Of a DNA stretch of 64,000 nucleotides, positions 1 through 10,097 are shown one piece after another. The notes under the pieces were generated by a model. That model ran no database searches. It was given only the letters and a program-made list of their open reading frames with translations, and had not been told where the DNA came from. The number at the start of each line of letters is the position of its first letter. Position 1 is the stretch's first letter. The position numbers were made by a program, and so were the translations under genes. The DNA is taken from positions 1,248,001 through 1,312,000 of the forward strand of contig CAXXMV010000002.1 in the NCBI GenBank assembly GCA_963662285.2, given 5' to 3'. This DNA is from a bacterium. Its GTDB lineage: Bacteria; Hinthialibacterota; Hinthialibacteria; Hinthialibacterales; Hinthialibacteraceae.

Positions 1-2516
1 AATCTACTGTATCGGATGGATTGACTCGCGGGATATCTTCCGGTGCTGCACCAGGCCGGGCATTTGGCGTTCTGACTTATTTTGTTCAGGAAATTCAGTT
101 TAAGGATCGCGCCGCTCCCTATTCGATGGTTGCGGCGATAGACGCCAGTAAAGCGGGTAATACACTGTTCCCAAGTTTACAAGGCTTGCAGGATAATGAA
201 ATTATTCTCAATGACTGGTTAGCGCAGGATTTACAAGTCCAAAAGGGCGATGAACTGACATTGGTCTACAACGTATTAGGTCCCATGCGCAAATTGATAG
301 AGCGAAAACGTTCTTTTATGGTTCGCGACATTGTTGCAATGTCCGATCCGCTTAATGATCCATCCCTGATGCCTGATTTTCCCGGTATCACAAAAAGCGA
401 ACACTGCCGGGAATGGGACCCCGGTTTTACTATCGATCTGGATAAAATCCGCGACAAAGACGAAGACTATTGGGATCAATACAAAGGAACTCCCAAGGCG
501 TTTATTTCCCTGCAAACCGGACAAGAGATGTGGGCGAACCGTTTTGGAAATTTAACGGCCATCCGTTTTCAACACTCTGTCGCCCCGGATGCTCTAATAG
601 AAAAAGATATTGCCGCATTTCTGCAACCTTCCACAATGGGATTCGATTTTATCCCGGTGCGGGAATTAGCCCTTCGGGCGGTTAACCAGGCGATGAGTTT
701 CGGCCCGTTGTTTATCTCGCTCAGTTTCTTTTTGATCGTATCGGCTTTGATTCTAACCTCGCTGCTCTTTCTCTTCGGTCTGGAACAGCGCGCCAGCCAC
801 ACCGGTTTATTGTTCGCTTTGGGATACTCCAAAGCATTGATTCGAAAATTATATTTCTATGAAGTTATAGTACTCACGGTACTCGGAGGCGCCATCGGCG
901 TCTGGTTGGCGGCTCTCTACTCTCAGGGCATGATCTGGGCTTTATCGACAATCTGGAAAGACGCCGTTGCGGGGATCGAATTTGAAACGACGATTTCTCC
1001 GGCTACTATGATTTACGGCTTTTTAGCCAGCGTTATTACAACCATTCTGGTTATTTGGATTGGCATACGCCGTCAATCGAGGCTGCCGATTCCTTCTTTG
1101 CTCACCGCCAAAGCTGGCAGCATTATCGTAAATCAACAACCGTCGAATCGAGGTATATGGATTGCGTCGGCATCGTTTACCGGCGCGATCCTTTTATATT
1201 TTTTTTCATCACAAAACAGCGTTGCCGCCGCGACGGGGACATTCTTCGGAATTGGCGCTTTGCTGCTTATCACAGGCTTAGGTCTTAGCCACGCCTGCTT
1301 CTTCCGTTTCATGATGCAACAGGATGGCGCGAATCTTTCTCTTAAAAGTCTAGGCATCAGAAACACCGGAAGGAGACGCGGGCGCAGTTTGGCGGTTGTC
1401 GGATTACTGGCCAGCGGCGCCTTTCTCGTCATAGCGGTTGGCGCCAATCGTCAGGACGCATGGTTGGATGCGGAATTGGTCAATTCTGGAACGGGAGGAT
1501 TCGCCTATTACAGCGAAACCACCCTTCCGCTGATTCATGACTTGAATACCGAAGCGGGCTGTAATGAATTTGGATTATCCCTTTCCGATCTTCCCGGATT
1601 ACGGGTTTATCCGCTGCGTTTTCGTGAAGGAGACGATGCCAGTTGCTTGAACATGAACCGCGCCCAAAATCCCAAACTGCTTGGCGTTGATCCCCGGCTG
1701 TTCTCTTCACGCAAAGCGTTTTCTTTCGTGAGTACGGTTGATGGAGATACGAGTCCACAGCAAGCGTGGAAACTGCTTGACCGGAAATTCGATGATGGAT
1801 CGATCCCTGCGATTGTCGATCAATCGACCGCAATGTGGGCGCTAGGCAAATCGATTGGTGATACGCTTACTTATAAAGACGAGAGCGGCGCATCATTTCA
1901 GATTCGTCTGGTTGGATTTTTAGCCAATTCTATTTTCCAAGGCGCAGTGCTGATCTCTGATCAAAACTGCGTACAGAAATATCCCTCTGTCAGCGGATAC
2001 CGTGTTCTGCTGATGGATATCCCCAAACCGTTTCGAAGCGAATACCGTGGTATTTTGATGAATTCTCTGCAAGACCTGGGTATCGAGATGACGCCTTGCG
2101 GGGAACGTCTGGCTGCGTTTTTCGCCATTCAAAATGCGTATTTGTCGATCTTTCAGATACTAGGCGGCTTGGGGCTTATACTGGGAAGCATTGGCGTGGG
2201 AGTCGTGGTTATGCGGAATATCCTTGATCGGCGTTCTGAGTTCGCCTTGATGCGGGCGCTAGGTTTTTCTCATTCTTCCATCCGTTGGATGATTGTAACC
2301 GAGCACGCTTTTCTTTTGATTCTCGGTTTGGGGTGCGCAACGTTATCGGGTATTACGGCTTCTTTGCCTGCTTTACGTTTTCACTTGTCCACTTTTCCCT
2401 TTTTGTCGCTTACGTTAACCCTTATATTAATACTACTTAGCGGCTTGTTCTGGATTTACCTGTCAACGTTAATTGCTCTGCGGGAAAATCTCCTTACTTC
2501 ACTTCGCAGTGAGTAA
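1..2516 (+). CDS. FtsX/MacB-like ABC transporter permease (5'-truncated by window edge)
   Basis: Frame is open from base 3. Two FtsX-like TM blocks (LEQRASHTGLLFALGYS; LDRRSEFALMRALGFS) are separated by large extracytoplasmic domains. Confidence 0.85.
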   Translation, partial: STVSDGLTRGISSGAAPGRAFGVLTYFVQEIQFKDRAAPYSMVAAIDASKAGNTLFPSLQGLQDNEIILNDWLAQDLQVQKGDELTLVYNVLGPMRKLIERKRSFMVRDIVAMSDPLNDPSLMPDFPGITKSEHCREWDPGFTIDLDKIRDKDEDYWDQYKGTPKAFISLQTGQEMWANRFGNLTAIRFQHSVAPDALIEKDIAAFLQPSTMGFDFIPVRELALRAVNQAMSFGPLFISLSFFLIVSALILTSLLFLFGLEQRASHTGLLFALGYSKALIRKLYFYEVIVLTVLGGAIGVWLAALYSQGMIWALSTIWKDAVAGIEFETTISPATMIYGFLASVITTILVIWIGIRRQSRLPIPSLLTAKAGSIIVNQQPSNRGIWIASASFTGAILLYFFSSQNSVAAATGTFFGIGALLLITGLGLSHACFFRFMMQQDGANLSLKSLGIRNTGRRRGRSLAVVGLLASGAFLVIAVGANRQDAWLDAELVNSGTGGFAYYSETTLPLIHDLNTEAGCNEFGLSLSDLPGLRVYPLRFREGDDASCLNMNRAQNPKLLGVDPRLFSSRKAFSFVSTVDGDTSPQQAWKLLDRKFDDGSIPAIVDQSTAMWALGKSIGDTLTYKDESGASFQIRLVGFLANSIFQGAVLISDQNCVQKYPSVSGYRVLLMDIPKPFRSEYRGILMNSLQDLGIEMTPCGERLAAFFAIQNAYLSIFQILGGLGLILGSIGVGVVVMRNILDRRSEFALMRALGFSHSSIRWMIVTEHAFLLILGLGCATLSGITASLPALRFHLSTFPFLSLTLTLILILLSGLFWIYLSTLIALRENLLTSLRSE

Positions 2517-2539
2517 TTTGATCCTGATCTACAAAAGAA

Positions 2540-2566
2540 TTTTTCAGGAACAATATTCCTGAAAAA
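2540..2566. terminator. inverted repeat, possible terminator or operator
   Basis: TTTTTCAGGAA-caata-TTCCTGAAAAA just after the permease stop. Confidence 0.45.
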
Positions 2567-2681
2567 AACGACCTATTAAACAATTGTTGAATGGATAACT
2601 ATTTTTAATTCATTGGATAGAATAATAGTATTCAGTAAAATCATTATAGAAATACACAAACCACTAGGAGGATTTCAGTAG

Positions 2682-4007
2682 ATGAAGAGAAATTGTATAG
2701 CCTTACTTGTTATGCTAACCGTTTGGTCTGTTAGTGTATGCGGCGCCGATTGGCCGCAGTTTTTAGGTCCGGATAGAAACGCCGTATCACCGGAAACCGG
2801 ATTAGCCCGCAGTTGGCCTGAAAGCGGTCCACAAGTGAATTGGACTTTTCCTTTAGGCAGCGGATATGGCGCCCCGGCGGTTTTTAACGGTAAGGTCTAT
2901 GTTTTGGATAGAGTTGACAGCAGCCAGGATGTGTTGCGCTGCCTCGATCTGGGCACGGGTAAAGAAGAATGGTCTTTTGCTTATGATGCTCCGGGACGCG
3001 TCAGCCACTCTGGTTCACGATCCGTACCCTCAGTAGATGAACAGCGGATTTACACCTGTGGACCTCATGGGGACGTTTATTGCATTGACAAGACAACGCA
3101 TAAATCGCTTTGGAACAAGAATTTTAAAACCGATTTCGGAGAAGGCGCGAGATTAGGCTGGGGTTTCGGTCAGAATCCTTTACTTTATAAAGACATGCTG
3201 ATTGTGGCGCCGATGGCTTCAGAAGCAGGTGTGGTGGCGCTGGATAAGGTGACTGGCGAGATTCGCTGGAAGACGCCGCCGATGCCGGGAGGCGCAAGCT
3301 ACGTTTCTCCCACTATAATTAGTGTCGACGGGGTCGAACAGGTTGTCATGATAAGCGCTGCTGAACGATCCAGAAGACGTGGACGGGATCGTGATAGTGC
3401 GCCAAGTAGTGGAGACAATCCGGCGCCGGGCGCAAATAAAGGAAGCATTATAGGGTATGATCCCGCTACTGGACGGCAATTATGGATTTATAATGGCGGT
3501 TGGCAGTGTCAAATCCCTATCCCGAATTTAGTTTCTATCGGAGATGGCCGCTTTTTTATCACGGGCGGCTACGAAGCCGGTTCGGCTATGATTAAGATCA
3601 CAAAAACCGACCAGACTTACGCTGTTGAAGAATTATATACAACCCAAAATTTCGGCGCTCACATCCATCCACCTTTGCTGATTAAAGATAACCTTTACGG
3701 CCATTGCACCACCAATTCACGCCGTGATGGAATGGTGTGCATGAATGTGGATGGTAAACTTCAGTGGAAAACTGAACGATCACCTGTTTTCGATAAAGGT
3801 GGATTCATTTTAGCTGATGGGCTGATCTTCAGCGTTGACGGACGTGATGGATTTTTGTACTTGATCGATCCATCACCGGAAGGCTTCAAGCCTCTTGCCA
3901 AAGCGAAACTGCTCGAACCAGGCGAAGTCTGGTCACCCCTGGCGCTGGTCGATGGCAAATTATTGATCCGCGATCAGACCCAGATGAAATGCGTTACCGT
4001 CCGCTAA
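2682..4007 (+). CDS. secreted PQQ-binding-like (BamB-type) beta-propeller protein
   Basis: AGGAGG RBS, signal peptide, ADWPQFLGPDRN start, repeated LDxxTGxxxW blades, C-terminal LLIRDQ. Confidence 0.85.
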   Translation: MKRNCIALLVMLTVWSVSVCGADWPQFLGPDRNAVSPETGLARSWPESGPQVNWTFPLGSGYGAPAVFNGKVYVLDRVDSSQDVLRCLDLGTGKEEWSFAYDAPGRVSHSGSRSVPSVDEQRIYTCGPHGDVYCIDKTTHKSLWNKNFKTDFGEGARLGWGFGQNPLLYKDMLIVAPMASEAGVVALDKVTGEIRWKTPPMPGGASYVSPTIISVDGVEQVVMISAAERSRRRGRDRDSAPSSGDNPAPGANKGSIIGYDPATGRQLWIYNGGWQCQIPIPNLVSIGDGRFFITGGYEAGSAMIKITKTDQTYAVEELYTTQNFGAHIHPPLLIKDNLYGHCTTNSRRDGMVCMNVDGKLQWKTERSPVFDKGGFILADGLIFSVDGRDGFLYLIDPSPEGFKPLAKAKLLEPGEVWSPLALVDGKLLIRDQTQMKCVTVR

Positions 4008-4068
4008 TTGGCATGGATAATAATATGCCATAGCTAATAAATATATTTGGCTGGATTGTAATAATAAT

Positions 4069-4115
4069 CGGAATTGATCCTGGAACGGTTATATCCAGTG
4101 ATCAATTCCGTTTTT
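4069..4115 (+). terminator. Rho-independent terminator-like hairpin
   Basis: CGGAATTGATC-CTGGA ... TCCAG-T-GATCAATTCCG followed by TTTTT. Confidence 0.6.
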
Positions 4116-4203
4116 ATCATTACAATTATCATATAAGTTTTATGTTTATGATGGATCTGAATAAATCCTGTGCTGTGCTTTTGTCTAAGGATATTCTAGT
4201 AAT

Positions 4204-5427
4204 ATGGGTAAATGGTTGAAAATTGCGATTGCCACGGTTTTATTGCTTCTTCTTATCGGTCTCCTCGCGGGTCTGTTGATGATGAAAAGAGGTAATCAAT
4301 CCGGAGCAGTCCAGCAGGATATTCTCCAAAAAGAGAACAATGTCATAGGATCGTCGCAACAGCCTGCAAAAAAGTATGCGCCATGGCCGATGTTCCACGG
4401 TGATCCTCGCTTAACCGGGATTACCAATTGCGCTTTACCGGATGAACCTGTTTTTTACTGGAAATTTAAGACCGATGCGGCAATCATATCTTCAGCAGTT
4501 ATTAGCGATGGCCGCGTCTATATAGGATCGAAGGACTCAAACCTATATGCTTTAGACCTGTATAACGGAGAAGAAATCTGGCGCTTTACTACAGGGAAAT
4601 CGATTGAAGGTTCACCATGCCTGTTGGATGATACGGTTTATGTCGGCTCATCCGATTCGTTGGTTTATGCTGTCGACGCCTCGACTGGAGTCTTAAAATG
4701 GAAATACGATACCAGAGGCCGGATTTTAGGAGGCGTGAATTGGACTCGTGTTGCTGGTGAAGAGAACGCACGGATATTGGTAGGCAGTTATGACGCCAAA
4801 CTCCACTGCCTGAACTCAGAAACTGGAAAGCCGGTCTGGGTTTATAAATCAAATCACTACATACACGGTACGCCTGCTGTAGTGGATGGTCAGGTGGTTT
4901 TTGGCGGGTGCGACGCTCATGTCCATTTTGTTTCCGTTGATAACGGCGGGTTGAATGCCAAGGTAGATGTCGGTTCCTATATTGCCGCTTCGGCGGCGCT
5001 AGCAGACCAAAAGGTTTTTATCGGGCACTATGAAGGAAAGTTTCTATGCGTCGACGCTGAACAGAAGAAGGTCATCTGGGAGTACGAATTATCGAAACCC
5101 ATTTGTTCCACCGCCGCCTTGTCAGGCGACCGGATTGTCTTCGGCAGCCGAGACAATCGTCTGCATTGTATTGACCGGAATGCGGGAACCATGATATGGA
5201 CCTTCCGTACCCGCGACGACGTGGATTCAAGCCCGGTAATAGCTATCGACAAGGTCATTGTCGGTTCCGATGATGGCTATTTGTATATAGTAAGACTTGA
5301 TGATGGCAAGGAAATTTGGAAATACCAGATCGGCGCCTCTATAAAAGCATCTCCCGCTGTGGCCTATGATCGGATTGTCATTGGTGCGGAGGATGGTTAT
5401 ATCTATGCCTTCGGGCCGGAAATTTAA
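4204..5427 (+). CDS. membrane-anchored PQQ-like repeat (BamB-like) beta-propeller protein
   Basis: N-terminal TM helix, WPMFHGD, about 8 regular SSPxxxDGxVYxGSxDxxLYALD repeats. Confidence 0.85.
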   Translation: MGKWLKIAIATVLLLLLIGLLAGLLMMKRGNQSGAVQQDILQKENNVIGSSQQPAKKYAPWPMFHGDPRLTGITNCALPDEPVFYWKFKTDAAIISSAVISDGRVYIGSKDSNLYALDLYNGEEIWRFTTGKSIEGSPCLLDDTVYVGSSDSLVYAVDASTGVLKWKYDTRGRILGGVNWTRVAGEENARILVGSYDAKLHCLNSETGKPVWVYKSNHYIHGTPAVVDGQVVFGGCDAHVHFVSVDNGGLNAKVDVGSYIAASAALADQKVFIGHYEGKFLCVDAEQKKVIWEYELSKPICSTAALSGDRIVFGSRDNRLHCIDRNAGTMIWTFRTRDDVDSSPVIAIDKVIVGSDDGYLYIVRLDDGKEIWKYQIGASIKASPAVAYDRIVIGAEDGYIYAFGPEI

Positions 5428-5471
5428 CAATATTAAAAAGAACTGAATGTTTTCAGTGGCAGGAACAAGTA

Positions 5472-6893
5472 ATGGCGGATTCAGGATTGAAAAGAGTATA
5501 CGAGAAAGACTTTGTAATCGATAAGATAATTATCGGCAGTTTCGCCATAGCTGCGATTCTGTCTTTATGGCTTTGGCTCAGCGCCGGTCTGCCAATGCTT
5601 CTTAAGGAACGCGTTCCGGGAATGGATAATGCTGGCCAGAATTCTGCAACGGGCGGCAGCCGCACCGGGCCGGTTGGAGTCCTGACTACAGCGACGGGAA
5701 TCCCCGCTGATCTGAAGGGCGCATGGCCATGCTTTCGCGGTGAAAACTTAGACAATATCAGTAAGGATGTTTTTACGCCCCTCCCGGTCGGCGCAGGTTT
5801 TCCTGAACTTTGGGCTATTGATGTCGGCGAGGGACATGCCGGGGCGACAATCTGGGATGGCCGTGTTTATCTGATGGATTATGATCGAGAGAATAGCTCA
5901 GATGCTTTGCGTTGTCTTTCTCTGGCGGATGGTCAGGAAATCTGGCGTTATGCTTATCCGGTAAGGGTAAAACGCAATCATGGCATGAGCCGGACCACGC
6001 CTTATGTAACAGAAAATTTCGTGGTTTCACTGGGTCCCAAATGTCATGTCACTTGCCTGAATTCCATAAGCGGAGAGAAAAAATGGAGTTTGGATCTGGT
6101 GCAAGCATACGGCGCCAAAGTTCCACCCTGGTATGCCGGACAGTGTCCCCTGGTTGATCAGAATCGGGTTATCCTTGCGCCGGGCGGCTCTTCGCTTATG
6201 ATTGCTGTTGATCCTGAAACGGGGGAAACAATCTGGGAAACGCCCAATCCCAATGACTGGAAAATGACTCATACCTCCATCATGCCGATGGATTTCAAGG
6301 GAAAACGTATATACGTATACTGCGCCAGCGGCGGGATTACCGGCGTCTCCGCTGAAGATGGAAGCATCTTGTGGGAAAGTTCTGAATGGAAAATCCGCAT
6401 TGCCAATGTGCCTTCTCCAGTTGTGGTGGGAGAAGGATTGATCTTTCTCTGCGGAGGTTATGAGGCTGGCAGTATGATGATGCAACTGGAAGAGAAAGAT
6501 GGGCGCATCATTCCTAAATCTCTTTTCCGTATGCCTCCGGAGCGTTTCGGCTCAGCCCAGCAGACGCCGATTTTCTATAAAGGTTATATCTACGGAGTAA
6601 GGCCGGATGGCCAATTGGTTTGTTTTGATCTGGAAGGTAATGAAAAATGGACCAGCACCAGCGCTTACAAATTTGGTATGGGGCCTTACGCCATCGTCGG
6701 TTCACAGATTTACGTTATGAACGACTCTGGACTCTTAAGCCGGGTGGCGGCTGATTCAAAGGAGTTTCGTCTGCTCGATCAAACTCAGGTGTTGCACGGT
6801 CATGATTCATGGGGGCCGATAGCCTATGCCTCAGGCCGGATGATTCTTCGCGACCTTACTAAAATGGTCTGCCTGGATACGGTTGCTAGATGA
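5472..6893 (+). CDS. membrane-anchored PQQ-binding-like beta-propeller protein
   Basis: N-terminal TM, WPCFRG, GxxxW blades, C-terminal MILRDLTKMVCL; similar in layout to 2682..4007. Confidence 0.85.
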   Translation: MADSGLKRVYEKDFVIDKIIIGSFAIAAILSLWLWLSAGLPMLLKERVPGMDNAGQNSATGGSRTGPVGVLTTATGIPADLKGAWPCFRGENLDNISKDVFTPLPVGAGFPELWAIDVGEGHAGATIWDGRVYLMDYDRENSSDALRCLSLADGQEIWRYAYPVRVKRNHGMSRTTPYVTENFVVSLGPKCHVTCLNSISGEKKWSLDLVQAYGAKVPPWYAGQCPLVDQNRVILAPGGSSLMIAVDPETGETIWETPNPNDWKMTHTSIMPMDFKGKRIYVYCASGGITGVSAEDGSILWESSEWKIRIANVPSPVVVGEGLIFLCGGYEAGSMMMQLEEKDGRIIPKSLFRMPPERFGSAQQTPIFYKGYIYGVRPDGQLVCFDLEGNEKWTSTSAYKFGMGPYAIVGSQIYVMNDSGLLSRVAADSKEFRLLDQTQVLHGHDSWGPIAYASGRMILRDLTKMVCLDTVAR

Positions 6894-6921
6894 AGCATCG
6901 AATAGCAAGGAGCATGTGATA

Positions 6922-7932
6922 ATGAATACGCAACGGTCTTTTCATGCACAGAAACTGATCGTCCCCGTCATCGCATTGGCTGTTATATGCGCTCTCCTGT
7001 CGCTTTTCTTTTCGGATATCTTCGGTGAAAAGGGCAGCGGTTTAAGTGAGGAATTCACCTATGATTTAACGGAATTTCAAAAAACCGATCCGGCGCTGAT
7101 CCTATACGAAGAAACCGGGTCCAGGATTAAGGCTGGATTTGAACGGGCGCGCGCCATAGCGGTGAATTCCAAGGATCAGATTTATGTCGCCGGAGGCAAG
7201 GCCGTACATGCTTTCACTTCGAGTGGTAAACCATTACCTCTCGAGATCGAGTGTGAGCAGGAAATAACAGCCATAACAGTCGCGGATGACGATTCTATAT
7301 ATATTGGCGCCGGGGATCACATTGAAATCTTTGACCCGTCCGGCGCCTTGAAAAAACGATGGGAGCCTATTGATCCTAAAGCCCTGCTAACCTCAATCGC
7401 AATTTATAAAGAAGATGTATTTATCGCAGATGCCGGAAATCGGGTGGTGCACCATTTCAACATCTCAGGCGGCAAGAAAGAATCGTTTGGAGATTTCGTG
7501 ATTCCCAGCGCATATTTTGATCTGGCTATTTCTGCTGATGGTCTAATCCATCTGACTCACACCGGGGAACACCGTATTGAAACTTATGGCTTTGATGGCA
7601 ATTTGATATCCTGGTGGGGCGGGTTTTCCAATGATGATTACAAAGATTTTTGTGGATGCTGCAACCCTGTCAATTTCGCCATTCTTCCTGACGGCGGCGG
7701 TTACGTAACGTGTGAAAAGGGTCTTACCCGGATCAAACTTTATGATAATAAAGGCGTCTTCAAGGGATTCGTGGCTGGCCCCGAACAGTTTGAGCAGCAC
7801 GACGCTCTATGCGTTACTCCAGCGTATTGCTATGACCGGGTTGGGCTGGATACGGCGGTTGATTCAAAAGGCCGGGTATTAGCGCTAGACCCGATCTTGG
7901 CGGAAATACGTATATTCGAACTAAAAAAGTAA
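6922..7932 (+). CDS. membrane-anchored NHL-like beta-propeller with CGCCNP motif
   Basis: ATG at 6922 after AAGGAG; TM anchor; NHL-like repeats (AIAVNSKDQIYVAG, VFIADAGNRVV, AVDSKGRVLALD). Confidence 0.75.
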   Translation: MNTQRSFHAQKLIVPVIALAVICALLSLFFSDIFGEKGSGLSEEFTYDLTEFQKTDPALILYEETGSRIKAGFERARAIAVNSKDQIYVAGGKAVHAFTSSGKPLPLEIECEQEITAITVADDDSIYIGAGDHIEIFDPSGALKKRWEPIDPKALLTSIAIYKEDVFIADAGNRVVHHFNISGGKKESFGDFVIPSAYFDLAISADGLIHLTHTGEHRIETYGFDGNLISWWGGFSNDDYKDFCGCCNPVNFAILPDGGGYVTCEKGLTRIKLYDNKGVFKGFVAGPEQFEQHDALCVTPAYCYDRVGLDTAVDSKGRVLALDPILAEIRIFELKK

Positions 7933-7955
7933 TGAAGTAATACCGGAGATTTAAT

Positions 7956-8186
7956 ATGAGTCGACTAACAGAAGAAATCAAAAGCCGGCGTGATCTGCTG
8001 CGGGCTATAGGCCGCGCCATCTCCCTGGGTTGTCTGGCGATTATAGGAGGCGTGGTTATGTTAAGGAAAAGCAATTCTCAACAAGGGCAGGCCTGCCGGA
8101 ATCTCGATCTCTGCCAGGGATGCAAGGTTTTCGAGCGCTGCGCATTACCTCAGCGCTTAACTCTGGGAAAAAATGACAAGGAATAG
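7956..8186 (+). CDS. small Cys-rich protein with twin-arginine-like signal/anchor
   Basis: GGAG RBS, SRRDLL plus hydrophobic stretch, C-x5-C-x2-C-x5-C; overlaps the next gene. Confidence 0.65.
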   Translation: MSRLTEEIKSRRDLLRAIGRAISLGCLAIIGGVVMLRKSNSQQGQACRNLDLCQGCKVFERCALPQRLTLGKNDKE

Positions 8187-8787
8187 AAGCATGGATAAGC
8201 CCGATAAAGATATAACGAAGAAAGATATAACGAAGAAAGATATAACCAGGCGCAGCCTCTTGAACGGCGGCATTCGAGGCGCCTGTTTTTTAGGCGTAAG
8301 CGGTGTGGTTGGTATGCTGATGAAGGGTGGTCAGGCGCAGTCGACCTGCTGGCAGATTGACCCCGCCAAGTGCGTCGCTTGCGGCAATTGCGCCACCTAT
8401 TGCGTGCTCGAAGAATCTGCGGTCAAGTGTGTTCACACTTATTCCATGTGTGGATACTGCGAACTTTGCACCGGATTTTTCGATCCAGCTCCCAAGGCGC
8501 TCAATACCGGCGCCGAAAACCAACTCTGTCCCACTGGCGCTATCATTCGTACATTTATAGAAGACCCCTACTACGAGTATACCATTGACGAAAGTCTGTG
8601 CATCGGCTGCGGCAAATGCGTCAAAGGCTGCAAGGCTTTTGGCAACGGCTCTCTTTATCTTCAGGTGCGGCATGACCGGTGCGTGAACTGCAACGTGTGC
8701 GCCATTGCGCTGGCCTGTCCATCCGATGCTTTCAAACGTGTGCCGTTGGATCAGCCCTACTTACTGAAAGGAACCAACCACAGCTGA
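8173..8787 (+). CDS. Tat-signal polyferredoxin (about 4x[4Fe-4S])
   Basis: TRRSLL plus hydrophobic segment; CVACGNCATYC, CGYCELC, LCPTGAI, CIGCGKCVKGC, CVNCNVC...ACP. Confidence 0.85.
   Translation: MTRNRSMDKPDKDITKKDITKKDITRRSLLNGGIRGACFLGVSGVVGMLMKGGQAQSTCWQIDPAKCVACGNCATYCVLEESAVKCVHTYSMCGYCELCTGFFDPAPKALNTGAENQLCPTGAIIRTFIEDPYYEYTIDESLCIGCGKCVKGCKAFGNGSLYLQVRHDRCVNCNVCAIALACPSDAFKRVPLDQPYLLKGTNHS
8206..8247 (+). repeat. 15-bp tandem repeat (about 2.8 copies) in the ferredoxin signal peptide
   Basis: AAAGATATAACGAAG x2 + AAAGATATAACC, encoding KDITK-KDITK-KDIT. Confidence 0.9.
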
Positions 8788-10097
8788 TGATTGCTCATAC
8801 CATGCCGTTCCTTATGTCGCTCATAGGTCTGGCCGCTCCAGCCGGGGATGTAGAGCGGTTTCCACCGCCGGATTTTGATGGTGGACATATTCTGCCCTCT
8901 ACTCAAATCCCTCTGCCCAGGGCTGAACTGTGGAACTACCTGGATGTGGCAGTGCTGTTTCTCGCGCTTTCTTTGGCCTCTTATTTAGTCATTAAAAAGC
9001 GCAGCCGCCGCGGCATCTTTATGCTCACTATTTTCTCCTTGGTCTATTTCGGATTCATCAGACAAGGATGCATCTGTTCCATTGGCGCCATTCAGAATAT
9101 TACGCTGGCTCTTTTTGATCAAACCTACGCCATCCCTTTTGCTGCGGCTGCTTTTTTTCTATTGCCGCTGCTCTTCAGCCTTTTCTTCGGGCGGGTATTT
9201 TGTTCGGGGGTCTGTCCATTGGGAGCGATTCAAGACCTGGTGTTAATCAAACCTGTTAAAATTCCCCGGTGGCTCCAGCATTCTCTTGGTTTACTGCCCT
9301 ACCTTTATCTTGGCGCGGCGGTGCTGTTCGCCGCAATGGGTAGTGTGTTCATTATCTGTAAATACGATCCCTTTGTGGCCTTTTTTCGCCTGTCGGGTAA
9401 TGCAAACATTATTGTATTGAGTATATCCATGCTTGTGATTAGCATGTTTGTCGGGCGGCCATACTGCCTTTTCCTCTGTCCTTATAGCGTACTGCTGCGG
9501 TTTCTTTCCCGTTTTTCCCAATGGCGGGTGACGGTTGCTCCGGATGAGTGCTTAAAGTGCCGGTTGTGCGAGGCGGCGTGTCCCTTCGGCGCCATTACCG
9601 ATCCCACGCCGGAAGATATGCGCCCTCCTGATACCACAGACCGGAGACGTCTGGCCGGGTTGCTGCTCTCTGCGCCGTTGATCATCATTCTCTGTGGATG
9701 GATTTTCTCGTATGCCGGAGATCCTTTTTCCCGCATGCATTTCACGGTCCGCTTAGCCGAGAGGATTGTTCTCGAAGACAGTGGTAAAGTAGACCTGATA
9801 TCCGATGCCAGCAAAGCGTTTCGGGATACCGGAAAATCCAAAGAAATCCTTTTTGAAGAAGCCAAAATTTTACGGCGCCAATTTTCGTTTGCCGGATGGC
9901 TTCTGGGATGTTTTATGGGATTGGTGATTATCGGCAAATTAATCGGGCTGTCAGTGTTTAGAAAACGAATCGATTACGAAGCTGATCGCGCCGGATGTCT
10001 GGCTTGTGGCCGTTGTTTTGTTTACTGCCCCCTTGAACCTGAGCGGCTGCACGAGTGCCAATATGCGCAGGTGGATCGAGTATTAGAAGAAAAATGA
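8787..10097 (+). CDS. NapH/MauN-like polytopic membrane 4Fe-4S binding protein
   Basis: ATG overlaps the upstream stop (TGATG); many TM helices; CSGVCP and CLFLCP motifs; CLKCRLCEAACP and CLACGRCFVYCP ferredoxin motifs. Confidence 0.85.
   Translation: MIAHTMPFLMSLIGLAAPAGDVERFPPPDFDGGHILPSTQIPLPRAELWNYLDVAVLFLALSLASYLVIKKRSRRGIFMLTIFSLVYFGFIRQGCICSIGAIQNITLALFDQTYAIPFAAAAFFLLPLLFSLFFGRVFCSGVCPLGAIQDLVLIKPVKIPRWLQHSLGLLPYLYLGAAVLFAAMGSVFIICKYDPFVAFFRLSGNANIIVLSISMLVISMFVGRPYCLFLCPYSVLLRFLSRFSQWRVTVAPDECLKCRLCEAACPFGAITDPTPEDMRPPDTTDRRRLAGLLLSAPLIIILCGWIFSYAGDPFSRMHFTVRLAERIVLEDSGKVDLISDASKAFRDTGKSKEILFEEAKILRRQFSFAGWLLGCFMGLVIIGKLIGLSVFRKRIDYEADRAGCLACGRCFVYCPLEPERLHECQYAQVDRVLEEK

Noticed and set aside
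8679-8786. Longer N-termini given by the ORF track (also 10055, 14247, 44292)
   Set aside because: They overlap upstream genes; downstream ATGs with translational coupling or an RBS fit better.
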